A DNA stretch of 64,000 nucleotides, from positions 1-64,000 of the forward strand of contig KZ538224.1 of the NCBI GenBank assembly GCA_000934665.2. Reading direction: 5' to 3'. The notes under the pieces were generated by a model. It did no database searches. It was not told the origin of the DNA and saw only the letters and a list, made by a program, of their open reading frames with translations. Every line of letters starts with the position of its first letter. Positions within the stretch are counted from its first letter, which is position 1. Positions 53,401-64,000 of the stretch are shown one piece after another. The translations under genes were made by a program, and so were the position numbers. This DNA is from Catajapyx aquilonaris (Eukaryota).

Positions 53401-56400
53401 CACACACGTTTCGCTGCATAAACGGGCAAACTCTATACAGGCTTCAAACTTGTAGTCTCGTCTTTTCCTCTCTCTCCTTTTTTTGTGTGTGTCTTTTCCT
53501 TACCTCTCCGAGGTGACCGGTTCCCAACGTGCCGACCAAGCGAAGTTTGTCTCGTGGAATTTCCACCACCGGCAGTTCTCGCTCTCGGGCGGCCAAAAGG
53601 CTGGGCGTGCACACCACCAAATTCCATGAGCTCGGTCGTGGCTACACAAACCAGACCACCAAAACCCAGAAGAAAAAGAAGAGGAAAAAAAAGAGTACAT
53701 AGAAAGGAAAGTTGCACATCAGCAGGACGTTGCCTAAACTGTCACGTGTGGCTGCACTGGTCAGAAAAGAAGCTTTGGGAGGACTACAAAAAAAAAAAAT
53801 TAGGTCGAAACATTGTATAGACGTAAGTTTCAAAAGTCAAGCTCTGAAGGGCGTTTCTGTCATAAACTGTAACGCAATTTGACATCAAGAAATCGGCCTA
53901 CTGTAGCTTATGGCTTTGGTATTGATTCTACCCCACCCAGGTACTGCAATTAAGGTAGTAAATGCAATTTGAAATGGCAATCATGTAATAGTACAGTACG
54001 GATACTGCAGTCAGCTTTACTATCGAGTTTCGCGTTTCGATAATGCCATAAAATTATGTCGCTACATTCAATGATTAGATTGCTCCATTACTGCACTGTA
54101 CTTTCTGTGAGTGAACGTATAAAGTGTATCTCGCACTGTAATTAGGGCAGGTTTGTCATTTTTTACAATCGTTTCGGCTTTGTACATTGTAAACTCCTGC
54201 AGGGTATTAATGGGAAATAAGTGCTTGAAAAACGGGAGGGCCTGAGCACATTCTTGCTCTCACATCAGCTCCCACCCTTACTACTACTTGATCGGTTCAA
54301 GCAAGATGGAAATTGATCGGTGGGAGCCCTGGAGGTCCAATTATTGGGAAAATTACGGAATCGATAGAGGAAACCATTTGTCAAGGCGCATATGCTGTGT
54401 TGAATGATATGAACAGGCCGTTATTAGGATATTTCTGGGGGGAGTGGGGGAGGACATTTTGGATGGGGGAAAAAAAGTTAAAGTATAAGGCTCACCCTTG
54501 ATCTTCCGCCTTTTTCACGTGGAGAAGTGTAATAATGCTTCCTGGAACTTCTCTCCGTGGTCTCCACACGGGGGAAGTAGGCGTTGAGGTTAATTATCTG
54601 GGACCTCTGACTGATGAGGGGCGTGTTTTGCAGGCTCCGGAAGTGCACTGGAGACACGCCGCTCACGTCTGACATCTCCTGCTCTTGAGCGCTGCTCTCT
54701 TCTGTTGGAGGCAGGGTGTACAAACAGCTTTATTAGAACCCGGGAAGTGTTCCCTCCAACAACTCGGAAGATAATTGCACAAAGCTAAGGCGGCAAATCT
54801 GCCGTCCTTAGCAAAAAAAAAAAAGACATATCTGCAACATACAAGTCGCATTGCATATTAGATATTAATTAACGAGAGTGAACCAAAACTTGGCAACACT
54901 GCCCGGCGCCACCTGGACGTAGTACGATATTCCACTGCCAGGTGGCGCAGAGACTCCCTCTTTGCAACCTGCTGCCGCTCTTAGGGGGAAAGGAGTACTA
55001 CATGCACATTGGTGACGAGTCACTTCTCGCCTACCCATTTCTGTTTTTATTATTCCAAAAATTAAAATTATTAACGCAATTTGATACCCATTTAATATTT
55101 AAATAATGATACTTAGCTGATTAGGCGCATGCAACAAAAATGCGTCCGGTGCACTCATAATGGACCATTAGTACAAGTCACTGTCGGATGTTGCCTCATT
55201 CATATGACATTTTTCACATCTGCTTTTGGCATTGATACGCCATATTCTTGATGGTGCGTGGCCATAAAAAAGGAGCGAATTACGTCGCACTAAGCACCAC
55301 TTAGCGATCGAATCACGTCAATTGAGCGTAGATACAACCTCCGGGTTTTACTGCTTCCGGGTCTAAACCGCGAACATATTCCCTTGTTAACTGCAGCACG
55401 CCATCAGGGCAGCTTTTTTTAAAAACCCCAGGATATTTCAGAAACGATCAGGAAACAGTTTCACAAAAGCTGGAGGAAAATTTTTAAAAGCGGTAATTAC
55501 AATATGTCTGAAAGAACCGTTTTAGTGGAGAGTTACAAGCAGGTTACCGATAATCATAATACTGGAGCCGATCGGCAGTAAAGAGGAAACTAAGCACCGC
55601 ATTTTGGGTATTATGGCTCGGGTGTTATCTATAGTGCAAGAAGTTAGATGTCAGAAGGTCCTGACTTTTTTTTTTGCAACTATAGTAATTGGGATGTAAC
55701 CGAAAGGATGGGGCGTTTTCCATGTTTTTCTTTTTTTCCCCGGGCGAATGACCTGCTCTGGCGGATATTCTAATTCCAAAGTGAAGCTTAATGGAAGAAC
55801 GTGCTGGATAAGGTTGCTGGAGGAGGGGAAAAACCTTTCCCCATCTCCCCCATTTCAATTCAGGAAAGGAGTTCTTTTTCCTAACCTTCTTCCATTCCTA
55901 GACGTGCGGAAACCACGCCAAAGCTTGCTCTGCTGGGACTAACAAAAAGCCTAAAATTAGACTGAGCGAAGAGAAAACTAAGGAATTGAAGAGTAGTTTC
56001 CAACCCCACCCCCTCTCTACCTCCTCTTTCCGGATCCGGAAGAGAGAGAGAGAGAGAGAAAAAAAACTACTGGTTCTTGCTTCTTTTCAGCGGAAAAAGG
56101 CCAGCAGGCTTTTAGGGAAATGTGAAAGGAAAAGGCCTTGTTTCCCTAATTATTTGTAGGGGGATAGATGAAGCCAAATTCGATAGTCCCTTTGCAGCCA
56201 CTAATTTGGAGCCAGCCAGGATTCATCCCGCAAGGGATGCGTCCTACGATTAATAAAGTGGGGATCGGGTGGAAAAAAAAAATGCAACAAAAATTTTCAC
56301 TTTGATCAAGAGCTGAATCGCACCGTTTCTTAGTGAGAAATGCCGATAATTTTTTCAGGCCTCGGGCCTAATGAAACAAACACACAGACGTCCAAAAAAA

Positions 56401-59400
56401 TTTAGGGCGTTCTATAAATATGGATCACAAATGCAGGGGAAATGTTCGTGGAAATGGGACTTCAGCTAATGAAATATTTTCACATTCATAAAAAAATGAC
56501 ACTATTAACTTTAACCCATATACATTCCTATCGTCCCCTTTAGGACACTTCAAAGACTACAGAGTTAGACTTTAGAAATTATAATTAAGAATTAAGAAAT
56601 ATATAAAATTATAATCCCTGGACACCCGTACAGATATGAGATATTTAGTTATTGGGATATTTTTTCACATGTTCATTAAAGGAAATACGTATTTTACAAA
56701 ATTGACAAAAAATTATTCTGACATATCTGGGTTAAAATAAATAAAAATTGGCAGGAAATTCTAAAATATAAATGAAATGTTAATAAAATTTCACATACAG
56801 ATCATCTGAGGAAAAGGGCTGTAGAGAGGAAGAATGGAAAAATGCAAAAATTTCCAGTTTGATCCCAGTGATAAATGCGAAATTTTCCACCATTCTTCGA
56901 GCTCTATGAAACTACACACGCCTGGAAAATGTAGGGCGTGACTATAAATATCTGCTAGAGAAGGAATGACACAGAGAAATGGGCGGATACTTTTCAGCAC
57001 AAACCTGGCCTTTTACAATTCCTCATTTTCAATTTCTCCTCCGAGGCCAAGCAGAGTAATGGGGATGCGCCATGTTCCCTATGCATGTGTCTTGTGCAGC
57101 ACGAAAAACACGCCCCGAAAATAACTCTATCGGAGAAAATGACTTCAAAGGTTTGAAATCTTTGGCTCTTTACAAACAAGCGTTGGGATTCTCACGGCTT
57201 TTTTTTTAAAAAAAGGCATTAATAGTGACCTCACAGATAGGAAAAAACCCATGGATTTTTCTCTAAATCTGGTCTTGGAAAATCCTGAAATGTGGTCGCC
57301 ACCTGTTCAAAAGCTGTCAATCTCCGGACGCTCCGGAAAAGTCCGGAAAGAAAAGCGTCTTGAGAGCTAGGAAGGGGGAAAAAGGTCGATAAAATCTGCC
57401 TTTCCTTTAACCCGAACCGCAAGTCCCCGAGATCACACGTGAGAGGAAAGCGCAACCCATTCAGAATGATAAGCCGCGACCCTGCTCGAGACGCGCCTCT
57501 TTTGGACGTGACTTGTCGTGCTAAGAAGTGAGGGATATTTCGTACCCATTTTTTGAGTCCAAAATAAAGGGAATACAAACCTCTGGCGAGATGGTTGAGG
57601 CTTGTTCCTTTGGCGGAGTGCAGCGTGCCGTTGGCGACATAAGGCGAGCTGTATGTGATGGACAGCGCCGTCGGCGTGCTGGGGACGGTGCTGGACATGG
57701 GCGGAACCAACGGTGCGGGCGCCACAGGCGTCGGTTGAGAGGTCACGGGCGTCTGGAACCTCTCGTAGTAGTCCGGCAGCTCCGTGGTGGCCGTCTGCTC
57801 CGACTGGTGCTGCTGACCGTTGGTGACAGACGCAGCCGGAGATGGTGCGCTGCTCACGTGCACGGTGCTGCTGTTCATCGGAGCCAGGTTCATCAGCAAG
57901 TCCTGCCACACCCAAAAGGACAATCAAACCTATTAGCGTCCTCAGCACCATTTCGAGCCATCATCGCCCCCAATGTCACGCTGTGTCACACTATCTCCAA
58001 CCCTCCACGTGACGTATCACACTGCAGCCAATCCTCTATCGTGACGTTGTCGCCAACCCTCCCGTGTGACGCGTAACCCTATCATTGGCTGCTGACAACT
58101 GGCTGGGTGGGTCCTGTAATCTTTCGGTAGGTGACTTGTTTTCCTCCGCAGCACTTCAGCTTAGGCAAACTAATCCCGCGGGTCATTTACCAGCCCCTCA
58201 CTCGACTGCCAGGGGAGCACAGTGTAACGCGATATCAATCAATTTCAGCGCTCAAACTGCGAAGGCCACAAAGGTTACCGGATAGCCATCAACATAATGG
58301 ATTTATTGTAGAAGGCGACAAAAGCTGGCCGATGCGACAAGGGAGCCCCGTGTACTTGTTAATTCCGCCGCAGCCGAGCGGGGCCTGTAACAAATGGCTC
58401 ATATTAGGCTTGGTAGGCCGAATGAGGCTGACACTCACACCGGTGACAGCTCGGGCAGATAGCAACTATGGGTCCTATCCTCTCTGGCAGGGATAATAGA
58501 TGTGCCTGCTGCAGAATCCTCCAGGCCGAAGCAAATCACGGGCGTTCGTTTTCTCTAATTGAATAGCCCTGTTGAAAAACGCAACGGATTGTCTAATACA
58601 ATCGAATTTGGTTTGCGTGACAAAATTTAGACGTCTAGACAAATCGTGCATATATTGGATACATATGAGTTTGAATTTTGAAGCAAATAGCACCTTTCAT
58701 GATTTATTTGAGCCAATCAGGTTGTTTCTTGTTCAGAGCCGACAGACTTACAAGCTTCACAGGAACAAATTGAACGGGCAAGCTTCCACTACAGTTGAGA
58801 GACTAGTAAATAAACAACAAACGTAAGGAAAAGGAGCTTAGCCTCAGCTGAAGGAGAATCAGAAAAAAACCTGGTCCTGAATTGACCGGACTTTTTCCTC
58901 TCTCCGCAACAGCAGGCTTGCAACCGAACCCAACACACACACACTCTTGATAAAAAAAGAATTGAGGTTGTATATAGCCCCACCCCACTTTCCCCTAAAT
59001 GTTGGGTCGTTGCAGCACGTGTGTGCCAGGAATACACATGCTTCACTTGGTCCTGGCGATTATAGCGCACCCCCTGTCTTGTAGATGAGAACAAATTGGC
59101 GCCAGGACTATTGCTCCCTCCCTTTGTTGTAATTCTAAGCTTTACACACGGATGCGCATACGAGTCCGGCAGCCAAGGTCGTTAGCCAGGCACAATGTTG
59201 GGCCGTTCAACTGTATACACTGTTACTAGTGGGATCTAGCTGCTGGATGTTGAGAGAGACTGTCCAAAGCTGTTTGGCCGCATTTCAATCTGGGATGCGT
59301 AATGGTCATGCTTATAATGATTCAGACGTACATTTTAGATGAATTTTAAACACGTGTTTTTGTAATAACACAGCCACAACTTCATGTAGAAGTGTCATTT

Positions 59401-62133
59401 TGTCAACGAGGCAGCAGATACAGCCTATACAGACACTTCTTTCAACTTGGTCACTGCTTGCTACGCCTGAAACTATTGCAATTATTATAATAATTAAAAT
59501 TGTTACAACTAAAATTAAAGCCAGTTTTGATGGCATTACGTTGGGTTCACAAGTTGGGGATGGTATGTTCCAATCAGAGCAGAAGGTACAGTATGATTAC
59601 TACGGGTGCTGCTCAAGTGTGTTGTTATTGTTATGGAAAACATTACTGTAAAACGAAGAATATTTTTGTTACTCACTGGGGAATACATTGTTACGATGTA
59701 CAGGACACTATCTCTCTGCACAGTATTCACGAGACAATATTTTACTGCACAACCGCTTGTGTGTGGTAATTATTATGGCGTTTTAACAAATTTACATATT
59801 GTCTTAATATGTGAAAGGGGGAAAAAATAGTGACTCTATTGTTGGGTACATCATATGCAATAGAGCCTCGTTACCTACACTGCAGGTTGGGTAAAATAGC
59901 AGCTGCACGTATTATTATGGTGACATTATAATATAGTGTAGTGTATGCTTGTACGAACCTAAAGCGGGGTTTGAATGCAGAAAAATTGTAATTTCCACTA
60001 TGGAATTTAACCATATGTTAATAATTCTGCATATTTTCAATTTTAAATGAAAATGTTATTAGTTATTGTTTTTATCCTTTAGTTAAAGGTCTTGGGACAA
60101 GGGATTACTCCACATTATTTGTCTGGAAATGAGTTATAAAAAATGGCACGTAGATCACAACACAAAGAATGCGCAAATTTTTTGATAATATATTCTAGAC
60201 ATTATTTGATTTCAATTTATTTCAATACAAACATTTAGTTCATAATTATGTGGTGTTAACTTGCGTCTCCCCTCATCGCTGACTACCCCTTATAGGGAAA
60301 TGTCGTGATGCTGTTGTTGCAATGCAAACACTTTGTTGCTCACAATTTAAGCCTTCCCAATAATTCACAACAATCGTTGGCTTTTCCCAGGCGTCACCAG
60401 CCGCCAAATTGACGCCTCTCTTTGGCAACAAAGCTGACGACAAGCGCGCCCAATTTTGGAAACTGTGTGAAAACGCGATTTGGGCCAAAGAGGCCCCCAG
60501 TTTATTCAGGTTCAAAATCGGCGTTATGGGAGTTGAAGCAGGCCACTGGGCTATTTGGCCGACATGATGAGAGCCAACACGCAAGTTTTTTTTCTCTAAA
60601 ATATAAATGCTATACATGCTCTCCTGGAGTTACAAAAAAGGGAGAAATTTTTCCTGGACCTTTGGCAAACACACAAGAGTTGTATAAGCGCAACGTGTGT
60701 TGCAATAAATGCCGCTCCGGCAACCTTCCATTTTCTGAGCTCAGCTTTTTTTTTCTCCATTTTCAGCGGCAATCTACATGGTGTAATGTTGCTCTAATTG
60801 AAAGCAGCGAAACACAACACAACTGCAAAAAAAAAGAGAAGTGGAATTATTCTGCGGGCAGACGACTCTTTTCGTGCGAGTGTGAAAACGTGTCAGAACA
60901 CGGCGTATATGTCCCGCGGAATTTTTTGGGGGAGCTGTAGTCGTGTCAATTCCTGGCATGTGGTGCGGAAAAATTAACGTACCGTCCCTGGATTATCCGA
61001 GGAATTGTGAAAAACGCTTGCTGGCCGGATGGGTAAATTTTGTGCAAAAAATGTTAATTAATCAACCTGTTGACCACTTGGCGATGCAACAGATCTTGCC
61101 AGTTGTTCTAATATTAAATCAGTAATTCTAGTTTGTTGTATAGGGTGGTTCATATATTGCTACTGAACCACCCTGCATATATCTCCGGAATATCTGCAGT
61201 TATGTCAATGCGGGTTGTGTGGTGTGGTGTGGACTCCCGAAAAAAAGATAAAACCTGAGTTATTCGGCCAGGAAACAAGGGGAGATAAAGGCTAGCTTTT
61301 TGAACAACAACCTGGAGCACCTCGCCACTCGTCGGATAAAGTCTAGCAGAGGATGATACATGGCGAGTCGTGACTTGCGGAGAGACGATCAGAACCGACA
61401 ACACGCACAGAAAAAATATGTCCGGTATCGTAGCCAGGAAATACAGGGTGATTCAGCATTGCACTGAAAAAAACAGCTAAATAAGCACCATATGATTTAC
61501 AACCAGTTTTTGTGCTACACAAGCTGTATTTTTCCTTATCTGAACCGGATAATTAACCTCCTGGAAAAATATATACTAGGGGTCCTAGTTTATGGCGGCA
61601 ACAATTATCCAATATCTTAAAAATCCGGGGATTGATGGATCGCGGAGACTGAGGCACTTTAAATTTTCCTCTAGAGACGCAAAGCTTTCGGTTCCAGTAA
61701 TCTGAGCGAGGAATCTCCTCCTCTTAAGGTGCTGATGGATGGATTGTCACATAAGGTGTGCGTCTGAATTGTGAGAGTGATTGGATTCCGGTGGCCCGGA
61801 AACGGATTAAATCGGAGCTGAAATAGACCCCAATTTTTTTTGTCTACATCCAGCTTTGGTCGGCACATCCTTTTGAAGAAATATCGTTTGATCGATTTTA
61901 GCACGTGGATTTCACGATAAATAAAATGTGCCCATTCAAAAATTTGATACTTACTTTCATATTTATAGTGACTCCAAACGGGTTGCGAAACAGGGGCGGA
62001 GATCCATGAAGCAGCTTTCTTCTTCGGCTCAGGACCAGGACACCCACAAATATGAGGAGAAGAAGAAGCAACACTGCGCTGAGGACACCGATGGTCACTT
62101 CGACCACTGCACCTCCACCGTTTTCTGCAGCGA
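38405..62133 (-). CDS. Discoidin domain receptor-like receptor tyrosine (pseudo)kinase, 5'-partial
   Basis: Exons 62133-61955 (TM segment, then RRRK), 57902-57581, 54701-54496, 53641-53504 ([20 protein letters not shown]), 51120-50798, 49794-49702 ([15 protein letters not shown]...HKDLGAR), 42107-41966 (NCLVG...[10 protein letters not shown]), 39643-39494 (GKF...[10 protein letters not shown]), 38554-38405 (CW...[18 protein letters not shown]). Phases are consistent. Extracellular exons lie beyond the window, so the DDR call rests on the kinase and tail sequence. Confidence 0.85.
38644..38784. mobile_element. Palindromic Harbinger-like MITE in the last DDR-like intron
   Basis: acgccctcacaatttgagcctcggtcgcacgac / gtcgtgcgaccgaggctcaaatcgtgagggcgt inverted arms. 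Confidence 0.7.
39009..39438. mobile_element. MITE family A, copy 2
   Basis: gcgcaaccgtgtgcgcacc ... ggtgcgcactgggttgagct; shares the internal ttatttccaacgctac with other copies. Confidence 0.65.
44364..44826. mobile_element. MITE family A, copy 3
   Basis: agcgcaaccgagtgcgcacc ... ggtgcgcactcggttgagct. Confidence 0.7.
50191..50561. mobile_element. hAT (Charlie-like) MITE
   Basis: CAGGGCTTCCCAAAC...GTTTGAAAACCGCTG with the perfect 8-bp target duplication gtctaaaa. Its 3' end is also present as a fragment at ~1185-1293. Confidence 0.85.
51241..51497. mobile_element. MITE family A, copy 4 (extra right end at ~51570-51595)
   Basis: agcgcaaccgagtgcgcaacacagttcgcgcaa ... ttgcgcgaactgtgttgcccactcggttgagct. 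Confidence 0.7.
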
Positions 62134-64000
62134 CTGAACCACCCAAAAAAAAGAAAGAGAGAGAAAAGACAAGAACATTTTGGTCAAAAGGTCAGATCTT
62201 GATCCTTGATTTTTACTGCTAAAAAACTGAGATTGTCTGGCCCACAAAATGTTGCAATTTCGCAAGGCTCCTCCTGAAATCGCAATACTTTGGGACAATC
62301 ATCGTGTAATGTTGGACGTCCCGCACATTTATGGGCGGAGGATATTGGTAGTTGGGCAATAGGACGGAAATCTGAGGGAAATCAAACGAGGGGCATTAAA
62401 CCTCCCCACTTGACCCACATACATGAAACCCAAGTCCTATAGATGCTGAACGTTGTAAACTCGCCCAACTTACATGGCTGAACTATTTGCGAACTCACGT
62501 CAGATCCGGAGGGATTGCTCCGGAGAATGTTCCTGCTCGATGTGCAAAATTTTGGCAATCGGATCGAATGTTATCAAGTATTGAACTATGACGCGATGTG
62601 TTTACGAATCGGTCTGATTGATGCAGGTAAATATTTCCAGAGCGAGACAAAAAGAAACTGGTGATACATTACCATACACTCTACATCGGAGCGTGTCGGC
62701 TTGGTTACATTAGCCCCCGATCGATCTAATAGATTCGTTTTCCGATAGAAAAAAAAACAATGGGCCCTCACGCCAAGGTCTTTTTTGCTGCTAATGCCAT
62801 CATGACTCCATTTCTGCATCACAAAAAGTGATTTACACTCACAATAAGGTGTACCAGATAATAAAACCTGCATGCAGTCCGCAGTATATCACGCGCACTG
62901 TACAGGGGCGGTTCCAACCAGGCGTATCAATAACCCTGCCTGTGAAAAAAAAACTCTTTAGTGTCAACACACGTTTTGGAAAAGCATTGACGTTAAAGCC
63001 TTTTTAGTTGGGAGGGACAGAATTTGGGCCAGCACACCCTGCGTGTCAAAAAATGCATGAAACATGCACAGATGTGACAACACCTACAATTATTCAGCCG
63101 TTACATTTTGACAGTACTAAATATTAGTGTGCAAACATTTCACTCTTCACAGGATCGATTTGTTGTTTTAAAAATTCCGTTATCATTGGATGAGGCCCCG
63201 TGCAAGGCGGCAACAAGTGTGGCAAGAGAGGCGCATAGGTTAGCTAACTGCCAGGATGAAAGGGTTCAAGGACGAACCTTTGTCTGATTTAATTTGTGAA
63301 AAGAAATTACATTGGAGTGTTTATAAAGGGCTTGGATTAAGCAGTTGTAACGAACTGTACGCGTTTCTTAACATTGCACTGTAGTTCACTGGCGGAAATT
63401 ATTGGGTTTTCTCAGCCACTTAAGTTCTCAAACAGCCAACACCCATTAGGATTAAGGGGGAGTAATTAATCCGCGCAACGACTCGTCCGCAATGAGAGCG
63501 AATCAATGGCGATTATAGCGATTATTTAATCCGAATTAACCTCTCTGAAAATTCAAGCGCAAAGTTGGAGCTCAACCTATCAGTCATCTGCAAAAAATTA
63601 AACACATACTAATTGTGTGTTTTTATACAATTAAGGATGGAAACACGTTCACACTAATATGCCAAATATTCAAATTTAGGATCAGATAAATTTTAATTAA
63701 TGTTTAAAATAAGCCTATTTAAAATCAAATGATGAGTCATGAACCTTCAAATTTTTTATACCTTTATCAGCTTTGTCAGGTGCACGTAGTTCCGTAATGA
63801 ATATAATTTTAGTCGGAATAATGCGGCCGAAGTTTTTACCGGAACCCAATGTTATTAAGAAGCAGGAAAAATCACAGAAGGAATATGGATTTCTAGGAAC
63901 AAAGTAGCAAAAATCAGTTTTACTGACCGTAGCATTTTTTTGACGAGAGAAATTCCCTTTCCTTTTGTTGGAAGGTTTTTGAACACAATCTATATAGGAC

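Noticed and set aside
54905..54950. CTCF-like motifs (also ~10208 and ~28857)
   Set aside because: Short motif matches by eye only; cannot be distinguished from chance without scoring or ChIP data.
57433..58076. Overlapping 172-aa and 182-aa ORFs
   Set aside because: Alternative-frame and antisense shadows of a GC-rich DDR-like exon.

Overview
Eukaryotic (arthropod, probably insect) genomic DNA with spliceosomal introns and many MITEs and SINEs. Left to right: (1) Four tandem ~500-aa leucine-rich-repeat paralogs (+ strand, 1.4-23.2 kb), each with a single coding exon and an N-terminal BC-box/Cul2-box-like motif. (2) A 7-exon cGAS-like receptor (cGLR, Mab-21 nucleotidyltransferase family, 385 aa, - strand). 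(3) SREK1IP1 immediately upstream of it. (4) A full-length Mut-7/EXD3 exonuclease head-to-head with SREK1IP1. (5) The 3' part (transmembrane segment to C-terminus) of a discoidin-domain-receptor-like gene whose kinase domain looks catalytically dead. The most striking observation is that the first cGLR exon, absent from the ORF track, starts with ATG codons overlapping the SREK1IP1 stop codon (GAA-TGA-TG read as ATG-ATG). This suggests a bicistronic stop-start SREK1IP1-cGLR mRNA. All gene models were hand-spliced from GT/AG sites and reading-frame continuity. No database searches were run.
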